A stretch of DNA of 64,000 nt from positions 3,850,109 to 3,914,108 of the forward strand of contig OZ220710.1 in NCBI GenBank assembly GCA_965116635.1, written 5' to 3'. The first letter of the stretch is position 1. Each line of letters starts with the position of its first letter. A program made the position numbers and the translations under genes. The DNA is from Thermodesulfobacteriota bacterium. GTDB lineage: Bacteria > Desulfobacterota > Binatia > UBA9968 > JAJDTQ01. Of this stretch, positions 9,616 to 18,974 are shown piece by piece. The notes beneath the pieces are model-generated. The model saw nothing but the letters and a program-made list of their open reading frames with translations. It had not been told where the DNA came from and ran no database searches.

Positions 9616-10998
9616 CTAGAACTGCCTCACCACCCTCAACTCCCCACCCGTCCGCTTGTAGTCGTAGAGCTGTGCGTTGGTCTTGCGCACCTCGTGAATC
9701 AGCGACACTTCGGGGCTGAAGCCCAGGAAGGTGAGGGCGCGGTTGTGGACGGAGGCGCGCACGTGGTAGGTCGTGTCGCCGCGGTTCTCGTTCCCCGGCG
9801 TGTGCGGGGGCCAGGGGGCCTCGTAGTCCGTCCAGCGGACGCCGCCGCCGCCGCCCACGGTGAACCCCTTTGGCAGCGCCACGGAGACTCCGGTATGCAG
9901 CCACCAGCTCTTGTTGCGGTACCTGAGGGTCAACGGCCGGCCACGCCCGTATCCCACGGTGCCATTGAGCCGTATCGTGGGTGTGAGCACCCAGTTGGCT
10001 CCGAGGGAAAAATCACGCACCGGCCCGTCCAGAAGTTTCTGTATGCGGTACCTCCGGTCGTACCACGACGCCCTGCCGGTGACCGTGAACCGCCGGGTGA
10101 ACCGGTGCCTTGCCGTCAACCGACCGCCCAGGTCGAAGTAGTTGGGGTCGTTGGCGCTCCACTGGTGACGCCAGTTGCCCAGGATGCTGAACTGGGTGGT
10201 CCGGCTCACGAACACCCGCGGCCCCACGTGCCACGACGCGAGCATCCTGTCGAACCTGCTGCCCGAGTATTCCTTCCGCGACGCATCCATGCCCAGGCGG
10301 AGCCGCACCCGCTGACCCAGCGGATGCTGATACTCCCCGCCGCCCCACACCGACAGCCCGATTCCCGACGTGATCAACTGCTCCGCGTTTCGGCGGAACG
10401 GAAGGCCGAAGATGTAGATGATGCGCTCGTCGGAGGTGCCGCCGATGTTGGTGTCCGGCGCCGCCGCGAAGCCCAGGTGCATATTCCAGCGCCGGCGCGC
10501 CCGGATCCGCGTAAGGAACCGCCTCACGTTGGCCACCACCGAATCGGGCGGGTTGCCCGCTAGCACGCGCTCGAAGTGCTCCTGCGAAAGTCCGTCTTCG
10601 CCCTTGTAGAAGAAGGCCCGGGCCAGCTCCAGCCGCACACGCACCAAGCCGGGCTGATCGATGAGCATGGTGCGAAAAGACGCTATGGCTTCATCCAGCA
10701 GGGTTCGGCGTGCGCCGCCGGGAACTCCTTTCCGCTGCGACAATTGCAGCGCTGCCAGGCCCCGGAGAAACAGGAGGTCCTTGCGGGCAGGGTACGCTTG
10801 GGCGAGGGCACGCAGGATAGGCAGCGCCTGTTCAAACCTTCGCCCCTTCAAGAGTTGCTGGGCTTCTTCCATGCGGGACTCGAATGACGGAGAGGTCTTC
10901 TGCGCTACCGTGCAGGGGACTGCGATTGTGAAGACCAACAGAAACAATGTCAGTGTACGAACAACGGCTCTGCCCAGCATCCGACTCCTCGATTTCAT
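9616..10998 (-). CDS. Slam-like surface lipoprotein assembly modifier (TPR plus DUF560-type barrel); start uncertain
   Basis: TPR region with VRVRLELARAFF; APDTNI at barrel start; C-terminal LYDYKR..VVRQF. Confidence 0.8.
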   Translation of the reverse strand: MKSRSRMLGRAVVRTLTLFLLVFTIAVPCTVAQKTSPSFESRMEEAQQLLKGRRFEQALPILRALAQAYPARKDLLFLRGLAALQLSQRKGVPGGARRTLLDEAIASFRTMLIDQPGLVRVRLELARAFFYKGEDGLSQEHFERVLAGNPPDSVVANVRRFLTRIRARRRWNMHLGFAAAPDTNIGGTSDERIIYIFGLPFRRNAEQLITSGIGLSVWGGGEYQHPLGQRVRLRLGMDASRKEYSGSRFDRMLASWHVGPRVFVSRTTQFSILGNWRHQWSANDPNYFDLGGRLTARHRFTRRFTVTGRASWYDRRYRIQKLLDGPVRDFSLGANWVLTPTIRLNGTVGYGRGRPLTLRYRNKSWWLHTGVSVALPKGFTVGGGGGVRWTDYEAPWPPHTPGNENRGDTTYHVRASVHNRALTFLGFSPEVSLIHEVRKTNAQLYDYKRTGGELRVVRQF

Positions 10999-11040
10999 CC
11001 TACGCTGCCAGCCCCAAAACAACGGTCTTGATCGTATCAC

Positions 11041-11075
11041 AAAGAAAAGGGCAACCCTATCGGGTTGCCCTTTTC
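11041..11075 (-). terminator. Rho-independent terminator after the lipoprotein gene
   Basis: GAAAAGGGCAACCC-loop-GGGTTGCCCTTTTCTTT on the minus strand. Confidence 0.8.
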
Positions 11076-11133
11076 GCTTGGGTTAGAAGGCAGGGTCCCC
11101 AACAGGGAGCCCCGTCGTTGGAATCGGGTGTTA

Positions 11134-12999
11134 CTATTCGTCCAAGGTCGCTCCGAACGCGCCAACAACGTGTCCGTTGTTGAAGTGACCATTGAACTCA
11201 CCAACGACGCCACTAGGCCGAACGGGGACAGTCGCTGTGTTGTCATCGGGGTCCGGCATCGTCTCCGCTCCGGCAAAGATACCTTCCCAGAAGCCGGCAC
11301 CTGCGCCTTTGTCGCCTTCGGTTCCACCCGAAAACACGTTGTTGTCAGCGTCGGAGTCGGCAAAGCTGGTGGCGTTCAACGTAAGGGTCCAGGTGTCATC
11401 AATGTCGTTGCCGTAGCCATCCTTGAAGTCGGTGATGGAGCCGTCGATCATGTTGTGGTTGTCCATTGCCACGCTGGTGGGTTCGCCGAAATACGCTGTC
11501 AAGTCGGCAGTAGCCGTGAACTGTCCTCCCGCAACCACTGTTTCGTCTCCACCGCTAGTAAACTCTTTCCTGATGAACTTACCCGTTGCGGAACCAGAGT
11601 AGGTCGCCTCACCTTCAAGGTCCTCGCCAGTAAGCCCATCCGCCGTGGCGGTGGTATAAGTGGCTTCGGTCCCGTAAAGCGTCTCTATCATGGCAGAAAC
11701 CATGCCATCCTTATCCGTCGTTTCCCTGAGCCAGAACCCGAAGGTCAGGTAGTCCGGATCGGGAATAACACCCGCGACCATAACCTTGGCCTCGCCCTCG
11801 GGTTCGGTGGGGGTGAAGGTCCACGCGCCACCAGTAAACGACACTTTGCCGTCCTCGTCACGCGTAGCCCTGCAGACATCGCCTGCGTTGCTGCCGACCT
11901 CACATGAGAACCCACCAGCAACGCCTCTGAACGTCCCATCGAAACTGGCTTCATTCATGTCCGTCGTGTCCGCATCGTCCTCGTAGTCCGTATACGACTG
12001 ATTCGCCGAGGGGAGGGCGGACGACATGGGGTGCTCGGTAGCGGAGGCACTCAGAGTCAGTGTATCCAACTTGTCAGCAACAGTATTAACAGCGGAGACA
12101 CCTTCATCGGCCCCGTTTGTCATGTCCGATACGGTGGTCGAGGTCCAATACATGCTGTACTCTTGAGCGGTGTTGGGCTCTTTGTCGGAGTAGACGTACA
12201 CCGTGTCGACCTGCGTGGGGTCCTTGGTATCCGTACCGTTATCCTGGGCGAACACGCCGCCTTCGAAGCCGCTCACCATCGCGCCCATCTTGTCCGACGC
12301 TTTCAGTTTGGTATCGGCATTCTGAGCGCCGTCCACGATGTTGGTACCACCGGGTGCATCGTCGTCGCCCTGGTCTGTCGCGGTCAGACCGTCTACCGCG
12401 ATGCGGGTATTGTCCATAGTGCGTTCTGGGTCGGTACCGTCCGTTGGCATTGTCATCTCGGACGCAAGAATCGCCGGTCCAACGACTTTCGCCGCCTTCG
12501 GATCTTCCACCGGCTCGGCTGTTTGCATCTGGAGCGCTGTTATCGCTGCCAAGATAGCAGCGGTGTCCGCGCCGGCGGCGAGCTCAAGCTGTGTCCTGAT
12601 GGTTACCAACTGGTCCGCGGTCGCCGTGTCGAGGGCGGCCAGGATATCTGCCTCGGAAGAACCCGCGGGGAGCCCAAGTTCGTCCGCGACCGCATCAAGC
12701 GCCCCTTGTGATGTTTGCAGCGCGTCGATGGCGGCGACGATAGCAGCCGAGTCGGCATCATCGGCCAATGCCAGCTCCGCCCTGATGGCTACCAACTGGT
12801 CCGCGGTTGCTGTGAGCAGGGCGGCCAGGATATCTGCCTCGGAAGAGCCCGCGGAGAGCCCAAGAGCCGTTGCGACTGCATCAAGCGAGCCCTGGAGCAT
12901 GTCCCGCTCGTTCTTGATGCCGCTGTTGGATGAGCAGCCATAGAGCACTGCCAGTACCATGACGGCAGCCAAGGCCATCACGAATTTACGATTCAACAT
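11134..12999 (-). CDS. Acidic surface lipoprotein with C-terminal TbpB-like barrel (probable Slam cargo)
   Basis: GGAGG RBS; lipobox LYGC; ATYSGSATG..FTATADLTAYFG..VGEFNGHF..VVGAFGA; 62-aa internal duplication. Confidence 0.8.
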   Translation of the reverse strand: MLNRKFVMALAAVMVLAVLYGCSSNSGIKNERDMLQGSLDAVATALGLSAGSSEADILAALLTATADQLVAIRAELALADDADSAAIVAAIDALQTSQGALDAVADELGLPAGSSEADILAALDTATADQLVTIRTQLELAAGADTAAILAAITALQMQTAEPVEDPKAAKVVGPAILASEMTMPTDGTDPERTMDNTRIAVDGLTATDQGDDDAPGGTNIVDGAQNADTKLKASDKMGAMVSGFEGGVFAQDNGTDTKDPTQVDTVYVYSDKEPNTAQEYSMYWTSTTVSDMTNGADEGVSAVNTVADKLDTLTLSASATEHPMSSALPSANQSYTDYEDDADTTDMNEASFDGTFRGVAGGFSCEVGSNAGDVCRATRDEDGKVSFTGGAWTFTPTEPEGEAKVMVAGVIPDPDYLTFGFWLRETTDKDGMVSAMIETLYGTEATYTTATADGLTGEDLEGEATYSGSATGKFIRKEFTSGGDETVVAGGQFTATADLTAYFGEPTSVAMDNHNMIDGSITDFKDGYGNDIDDTWTLTLNATSFADSDADNNVFSGGTEGDKGAGAGFWEGIFAGAETMPDPDDNTATVPVRPSGVVGEFNGHFNNGHVVGAFGATLDE

Positions 13000-13563
13000 T
13001 CCCAGTTCCTCCTTACCGTTTGAAGAGTCCCAAGACGTCCTGCCCGGCGTCCGTGTCCTCATTTAGTCCTAGTTCATGCCACGTGGGTAACACATGTCAA
13101 TGGCTAATGCAAGGGTGAAAAAGCCCGGCCGCCACATAAAACTCCGTGACGGCGCTGCCGCGAACCCGTGAACCCGCGCCCCTTCCGCCGGTGCGGCGAC
13201 GGTACTCAAGCGAACCTACGCCGGGTACCACAGGCCCATAGGGAATGCAAGCCAAGAATAGCCCTTTGTTCCCCCAAATGTGAAGGATAGTCCATAGGAA
13301 GGGTGCGCGTCAGCACCGGCAACGTCTGCCCTATGCAAACAGTTTGACCAGAATCGCCGCCAAGACCACCAGGATGGCCACCGTTTCCCATGCCATCTTG
13401 CTTTCGAGCTTTTCCATTAGGGGGCGTGCGCGTCGGAAATCAAGGCTTGGCCCTTCTCTCCGGCACGCGGAAATGTTCATGCCGGTCGGCGCCCGAGATG
13501 ATCGAGAAAGTCGGCCACCGTCTGAACCTGAACGCCCGAGGTGGTTTCCGGCCGGCGGAACAC

Positions 13564-13592
13564 TTGCGTACTGGTACTTCACATGGTACCAG
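13564..13592 (+). promoter_or_regulatory. hicAB promoter with overlapping inverted repeat CTGGTAC-N8-GTACCAG (putative operator)
   Basis: TTGCGT-N17-TACCAG immediately upstream of hicA. Confidence 0.55.
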
Positions 13593-13602
13593 GGTTCTTG
13601 TC

Positions 13603-13857
13603 GTGCGGAACAAGCATCAACACACACTGGAACGTGTGTTCGAGGCGCCTGCGCTTGCGGACATCCGGTGGCAGGATCTCGTCGCCATGCTCAAGGCAGC
13701 AGGTGTGGACATCTCTGAGCGTTCCGGCTCGCGTGTGCTTCTGAAGAAGGGCCGGGAAAGGATGGTGGTTCACCGGCCGCACCCGGAGCCGGCCACGGGG
13801 CGGGCGACGGTCCGCGATATCGCCGCGTTTCTCAAAGCGGTGGGAGTCAAGCCATGA
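13603..13857 (+). CDS. hicA: HicA family toxin
   Basis: IRWQDL..ERSGSRV..HRPHP; overlaps hicB at ATGA. Confidence 0.85.
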   Translation: MRNKHQHTLERVFEAPALADIRWQDLVAMLKAAGVDISERSGSRVLLKKGRERMVVHRPHPEPATGRATVRDIAAFLKAVGVKP

Positions 13858-14189
13858 TGGAATACAAGGGGTACATGGCCACGGTGGAATTCGACGAATC
13901 CGTGGGCCGTCTTCACGGGAAGGTCGTGAACAGCGGCGCCTATCCCATCGCCACCTTCGAAGCGACCGACGTCGAAGGGATCCTGCGCGAGTTCCACAGG
14001 TCCATCGATGAATACATCGATTCCTGCCGGGAAGACGGGGTCGAGCCTCGGAAACCATTCTCCGGGAAGCTCCACGTCCGCCTTGGCCCGGACCTTCACC
14101 AACGAGTTGCGCGCGCCGCGGCAGCGAGCGGTCTAAGCCTCAACGGCTGGATCATACAGACCCTTGAGAAAAGCGTGTCGGTTCCATGA
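13854..14189 (+). CDS. hicB: HicB family antitoxin
   Basis: MEYKGY..EFD..F..SIDEY..PRKPFSGKLHVRL..LH..SLNGWI. Confidence 0.9.
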   Translation: MMEYKGYMATVEFDESVGRLHGKVVNSGAYPIATFEATDVEGILREFHRSIDEYIDSCREDGVEPRKPFSGKLHVRLGPDLHQRVARAAAASGLSLNGWIIQTLEKSVSVP

Positions 14190-14289
14190 TTGCCCGACGC
14201 GGGCGCCCGGGCGAAGTCCTTCGCATGGCCGGTGGGCAGGCGGGTTGTGCGGCAGCCGGGGGGGGGGGGGTTGCAGAGTAGGTCCGCGG

Positions 14290-14637
14290 CTATCCCGATT
14301 CTGTCTGAGGCGGCAGCCTCAAGAGAATGGTCTTGATGTCGTTACGGATGGTACGGATCTCGCCCTCGACGCGGTCAAACCTGTTGTCCATGTCGTTCTC
14401 CAGGCGGTTGAATCGTTGGTTGATGACCTTCAGGTTGGTATCGATCTTGCCGTCGAGCTGGTCGATTCGCCCGTCGAGCTGGTCAATCCGCCCGTCGAGT
14501 TTTTCAATCCGCGCGTCGAGCCGGTGGAACTCGGGGGTAACCTGGACGTTGATAGCCCACAGACCCAATGCGCCCAGTGCGGCAACCACCGTAACCGCGG
14601 CCGTGATCACACCGGCATATTCCTTGAGTGCCTCCAT
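14290..14637 (-). CDS. Small N-terminal TM plus coiled-coil protein with LDGRIDQ heptad repeats
   Basis: Paralog of 2539-2832; 21-bp DNA repeats. Confidence 0.75.
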   Translation of the reverse strand: MEALKEYAGVITAAVTVVAALGALGLWAINVQVTPEFHRLDARIEKLDGRIDQLDGRIDQLDGKIDTNLKVINQRFNRLENDMDNRFDRVEGEIRTIRNDIKTILLRLPPQTESG

Positions 14638-14662
14638 GTTCGCCCTTTCATACGCTACGTGT

Positions 14663-14691
14663 AGTCTATGGTTGGACGATCGGCCGGTCAA
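14663..14691 (-). promoter_or_regulatory. Sigma70-type promoter TTGACC-N17-TAGACT
   Basis: Homologous to 2853-2881. Confidence 0.7.
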
Positions 14692-14880
14692 ATACTTTCT
14701 TCAGGGAGGATGGCCTCGAAACCCTCCACAACACAAACAACTTATCGGCAATGCGTACCGGCGGTGCCCAAGGTCAACTCATTTGACTTGTCCCCGGAAA
14801 ACCCTGATATAGAGGGAAAATCCCGGACCGCCCGAGACTCGGGCGTCCCCAACGAACTCACGCGCAAGGAGAACATCGCA

Positions 14881-15096
14881 TTGGCAACCTCCGTCACAGC
14901 CCCCATGGTGGGCAAGATATTGAGAATCGAGGCGAATCCCGGCCAGGCCGTGGAAGAGGACGATGTGGTCATCGTGATGGAGGCCATGAAGATGGAGATT
15001 CCCGTGGTGGCGCCGGCCAACGGCACGGTCAAGGCCGTCAACGTCGAGGTCGGGCAGTCGGTGGAGGCGGGGGAGGAGCTCGCCGAGATCGAGTAG
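14881..15096 (+). CDS. Biotin carboxyl carrier protein
   Basis: TTG start after AAGGAG; EAMKME biotinylation motif. Confidence 0.9.
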   Translation: MATSVTAPMVGKILRIEANPGQAVEEDDVVIVMEAMKMEIPVVAPANGTVKAVNVEVGQSVEAGEELAEIE

Positions 15097-15136
15097 CCGC
15101 CAAGGCTACGGACCGCTTTCACCCGGCACGGACGGC

Positions 15137-15253
15137 ATGGGCACCTGGGAATTCGGCTTAACGGTTGCGCTGGTGGGCAGCGTCGGCACGCTGCTGGTGC
15201 TGTGGCTGCTGAGCCTGCTGATCCTCCTGATCCGCAAGATCTTCCCTTCCTGA
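15137..15253 (+). CDS. 38-aa single-TM OadG-like decarboxylase subunit (not in ORF track)
   Basis: MGTWEFGLTVALVGSVGTLLVLWLLSLLILLIRKIFPS, lying between the biotin carrier and beta subunit. Confidence 0.7.
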   Translation: MGTWEFGLTVALVGSVGTLLVLWLLSLLILLIRKIFPS

Positions 15254-15269
15254 GACCACCTGTAACAGT

Positions 15270-16412
15270 ATGATATCTGCGATTCTTTCCGGAGCCCTGG
15301 GGCTGCTTGACGGCATTTCGCACCTGGAGCTCGGCCAGGTGGTCATGATGGCCATCGCGGCGGGGCTGCTCTACCTGGGCATCAGGAAGGGCTTCGAGCC
15401 GCTGCTGCTGGTGCCCATCGGGTTCGGCGCCCTTCTCGTGAACATCCCCCAGGCCGAGCTCATGGCCGAGGGCGGGACGCTCCGCTTCTTCTACGATTTC
15501 GGCATCCGCACCGAGATCTTTCCGGTGCTGATTTTCCTCGGCATCGGCGCCATGACCGACTTCGGGCCGCTGTTCTCCAACCCCAAGATCATCATGCTGG
15601 GGGCGGCGGGGCAGTTCGGCATCTTCCTGACGCTACTGCTGGCCCTGGGCCTGGGCTTCGACAAGCTGGATGCCGTGGCCATCGCCGTCATCGGCGCCTG
15701 CGACGGACCCACCGCCATCTACGTCAGTTCTCGATTCGCGCCTCACCTGCTGGGGGCGGTGTCGGTGGCGGCCTATTCGTATATGTCGCTGGTGCCGCTG
15801 ATCCAGCCGCCGATCATGCGCGTGCTGACCACCGCCCGGGAGAAGCAGATCGTCATGAGCATGGTGCAGCAGGCGCCGGCGTCCAAGACCACCCGCATCC
15901 TGTTCCCCATCGTCGTCACGGTGGTGGCGTCCATCATCGCGCCCCTGGGGACGCCGCTCATCGGCATGCTGATGCTCGGCAACCTGCTGCGGGAATGCGG
16001 CGTGGTGGAGCGCCTCAAGCTGGCCTCGGAGAACGAGATCGCCAATATCGTGACACTGCTGCTGGGACTGGCCATCGGCGGCACCATGGCCGCCGACCGC
16101 TTCCTCCAGGTGCAGACCCTGATGGTGCTGGCCCTGGGGTTCGTGGCCATCGGCCTGGACACCGTCATGGGCGTGCTGTTCGGCAAGCTCATGTGCCTCC
16201 TCAGCCGCGGCAAGATCAACCCGCTCATCGGCGCCGCCGGCATCTCCGCCTTCCCCATGGCCGCCCGCGTGGTGCAGAACGTGGGCCAGCGCTACAACAA
16301 GAAGAACCACCTGCTGATGCACGCCATGAGCGCCAACGCCGGCGGCCAGATCGGCTCGGTCATCGCCGCCGCGATCATGCTGTCGGTGTTGAGGGGGATG
16401 GGGATTATCTGA
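15270..16412 (+). CDS. Na+-translocating decarboxylase beta subunit (OadB/MmdB family)
   Basis: FEPLLLVPIGFG, GAMTDFGP, IGACDGPTAIY, AAYSYMSLVPLIQPP. Confidence 0.95.
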   Translation: MISAILSGALGLLDGISHLELGQVVMMAIAAGLLYLGIRKGFEPLLLVPIGFGALLVNIPQAELMAEGGTLRFFYDFGIRTEIFPVLIFLGIGAMTDFGPLFSNPKIIMLGAAGQFGIFLTLLLALGLGFDKLDAVAIAVIGACDGPTAIYVSSRFAPHLLGAVSVAAYSYMSLVPLIQPPIMRVLTTAREKQIVMSMVQQAPASKTTRILFPIVVTVVASIIAPLGTPLIGMLMLGNLLRECGVVERLKLASENEIANIVTLLLGLAIGGTMAADRFLQVQTLMVLALGFVAIGLDTVMGVLFGKLMCLLSRGKINPLIGAAGISAFPMAARVVQNVGQRYNKKNHLLMHAMSANAGGQIGSVIAAAIMLSVLRGMGII

Positions 16413-16463
16413 GGGGAGGGCCGGTGGAACGGGGCGGTTGAAATGAAGGGCGCCATTCGAATG

Positions 16464-16596
16464 GCGCCCTTCGACTTCGCGCCGCTAACGCGGCGCTACG
16501 CTCAGGACGAACGGGTGGGTTTGGGGAGGAATTTCCACCGATTCTTCCGTTCGTCCTGAGCGTAGCGAGGCGCAGCCGAGCGAAGTCGAAGGGCGC
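16464..16596. repeat. REP-like inverted pair upstream of the GIY-YIG gene (16464-16514, 16547-16596)
   Basis: Two different centre variants paired; ends 14 nt before the ATG. Confidence 0.95.
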
Positions 16597-16610
16597 AAGC
16601 TTTACCCCCC

Positions 16611-16901
16611 ATGAGCTTCTGGGTCTACATCCTCCGCTGCGGTGACGGCTCCTACTACACCGGCCACACCGACAACCTCGAGCACCGCCTCCAACAGCAC
16701 TACGACGGCGCAATCGGATACACCGCCTCCCGGAAACCCATATCGCTGGTTTACACCTGTCCCTTTCCGACCCGGACGGAAGCGCTGGAGTCCGAACTGC
16801 GGATCAAGCGCTGGGGCCGGAAGAAGAAGGAGGCCTTGATACGCGGGGACTGGACTGGACTTCATCGGCTGTCTCGTGGGAAAAACAGGCATGAGCGGTA
16901 G
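16611..16901 (+). CDS. Stand-alone GIY-YIG nuclease (UPF0213-like), flanked by REPs
   Basis: WVYILRCGDGSYYTGHT..RLQQH..YT..EALESELRIKRWGRKKKEALI. Confidence 0.9.
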   Translation: MSFWVYILRCGDGSYYTGHTDNLEHRLQQHYDGAIGYTASRKPISLVYTCPFPTRTEALESELRIKRWGRKKKEALIRGDWTGLHRLSRGKNRHER

Positions 16902-16909
16902 AGAAGTTG

Positions 16910-17222
16910 GCGCCCTTCGACTTCGCGCCGCTGGCGCGGCGCTACGCTCAGGACGAACGGGTGGAGGGAATTGCCGTACGGGAGGCCAATCATTTCCCCT
17001 TCAACCTAACCGGAGGGGAGTTGCCGATCGTTTCCGTTCCCCTCTTCCCGTTCGTCCTGAGCGTAGCGCCGCGCCAGCGGCGCGAAGTCGAAGGGCGCCA
17101 TCCCTCTTCCGTTCGCGCTCGGCGCAACGCAGCGCCAGCCGAGCGAAGTCGAAGGACGCCCTTCCTCTCTTCCGTTCGTCCTGAGCGTAGCGCCGCGTCA
17201 GCGGCGCGAAGTCGAAGGGCGC
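16910..17222. repeat. Four REP-like units downstream of the GIY-YIG gene (16910 fwd; 17048, 17109 degenerate, 17172 rev)
   Basis: Direct sequence match to the family. Confidence 0.95.
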
Positions 17223-17255
17223 CATATAAACGCGAGCCAGCACAAGGGGACTTGA

Positions 17256-18839
17256 ATGGCGGACGAAAAGACAGCCCCTGACAAATCCACGCCGGAGGCG
17301 GAGACCCCGGAGACCAAGCTTGCCGCGATCGAGGCCCGGGTCCTCGCCGGCGACCCCCGGGCCATCGACAAGCAGCACGGCGAGGGCAAGCTCACCGCCC
17401 GGGAACGCATCGACAAGCTGGTGGACCCGGGCAGCTTCACCGAAGAGTTCATGCTGGCCGAGACCCAGTGCACGGATTTCGGCATGGCGGAGCGGCGGCA
17501 ACCCACGGACGGGGTGGTGTGCGGCTTCGCACGTATCGACGGGCGGCCGGTCTACCTGTTCGCCCAGGACCGCACGGTGCTGGCGGGGGCGGTGGGCAGC
17601 GCCCACGCCGAAAAGATCGCCAACGGCATCCGCACCGCCCGCTCCCTGGGCATGCCCTGCGTCGGGCTCTACGACTCGGTGGGGGCGCGCATCCAGGAAG
17701 GGCTGAGCGTCACCTCGGCCATCGGCGGGATCTTCTTCGAGAACAGCATCGCGTCCGGCGCCATCCCGCAGATCTCGGCGGTGATGGGGCCGTGCATCGG
17801 CGTGGCGTCGTATTCGCCGGCGCTGACGGACTTCATCCTGATGGTGCGGGACACCAGCCAGATGTTCATCACCGGGCCGCCGGTGATCAAGGAGGTGCTG
17901 GGGGAAGAGGTCACCATGGAGGAGCTGGGCGGGGTGCGTATCCACTCGGAGGTGTCCGGGGTGGCCGACGTGGTGAGCGCGGACGACGAGGCCTGCCTCG
18001 CGCAGATCCGCGAGCTGCTGGGGTTCCTGCCGGACAACTGCAACGCGCCGCTGCCGCGGAAGGAGAGCGGCGACGACCCGGAGCGGCGGCTCGACGGCAT
18101 CGAGACGCTGGTCCCCGGCGACAAGCGCAAGCCCTACGACATCGTCAAGGTGATCAAGGCGGTGGTGGACGGCGGCGAGTTCCTGGAGCTCAAGCGCCGG
18201 TTCGCGCGCAACCTGGTGACCGGGTTCGGCCGGCTCGACGGCTGGCCGGTGGGGTTCGTGGCCAACCAGCCCATGTTCCTGGCCGGCAGCCTGGACGTGG
18301 ACGCCTCGGACAAGGCCGCGCGCTTCATCCGTTTCTGCGACGCCTTCAACATCCCCATCGTCACGCTGATGGACGTGCCCGGGTTCTTCCCGGGGCGGCA
18401 GCAGGAGGAGAAGGGCATCATCCGGCACGGCGCCAAGATGCTCTACGCCTACGCCGAGGCCACCGTGCCCAAGATCACCATCGTACTGCGCAAGGGCTAC
18501 GGCGGCGCCAAGCAGGCCATGTGCACGCGGGAGATGGGCGCCGATCAGCTCTGGCTGTGGCCCGGCGTGGAGCTGGCGGTGATGGGCGGCGGCGGCGCCG
18601 TCAACGTGCTCTACCGCCGCGAGATCGCCGCCTCCGACGACCCCGAGCGCACCCGCGCGGAGAAGATGGCCGAGTTCGCCGAACGCTTCAACGGCCCCTT
18701 CGAGGCCGTATCCAAACAGTTCTCCCAGGCCGCCATCCAGCCCGCCGACACCCGCGCCCGCCTCACCCGCACCCTGGCGCTGCTGCGCCACAAGAAAGAG
18801 ACCCGCCCCGCCAAGAAGCACGGCCTGATGCCGGTGTAG
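17256..18839 (+). CDS. Acyl-CoA carboxyltransferase (methylmalonyl-CoA decarboxylase alpha / PccB family)
   Basis: GKLTARERI, GARIQEG, MFITGP, DKAARFIRFCDAFNIP, KKHGLMP. Confidence 0.92.
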   Translation: MADEKTAPDKSTPEAETPETKLAAIEARVLAGDPRAIDKQHGEGKLTARERIDKLVDPGSFTEEFMLAETQCTDFGMAERRQPTDGVVCGFARIDGRPVYLFAQDRTVLAGAVGSAHAEKIANGIRTARSLGMPCVGLYDSVGARIQEGLSVTSAIGGIFFENSIASGAIPQISAVMGPCIGVASYSPALTDFILMVRDTSQMFITGPPVIKEVLGEEVTMEELGGVRIHSEVSGVADVVSADDEACLAQIRELLGFLPDNCNAPLPRKESGDDPERRLDGIETLVPGDKRKPYDIVKVIKAVVDGGEFLELKRRFARNLVTGFGRLDGWPVGFVANQPMFLAGSLDVDASDKAARFIRFCDAFNIPIVTLMDVPGFFPGRQQEEKGIIRHGAKMLYAYAEATVPKITIVLRKGYGGAKQAMCTREMGADQLWLWPGVELAVMGGGGAVNVLYRREIAASDDPERTRAEKMAEFAERFNGPFEAVSKQFSQAAIQPADTRARLTRTLALLRHKKETRPAKKHGLMPV

Positions 18840-18974
18840 GGAACCGGGCTAAGGAATCGGCCCGGAAAGCCGATCCATCCTCTACATGGACTTGCTTGAC
18901 ATCGCCGCTGTTTCTTGTTGTTCTGTTTTTGAACGCTCCGTAGTCAAATGGGGGGCGCATCTGGAGTTGCAAAG

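Noticed and set aside
13063..13330. Riboswitch or ncRNA upstream of the lipoprotein gene
   Set aside because: No recognisable conserved aptamer motifs by eye; would need an Rfam search
14258..14270. G13 tract (and C15 at 37962-37976) as phase-variation switches
   Set aside because: Both lie between convergent gene ends, not in promoters or CDS, and homopolymer lengths are unreliable
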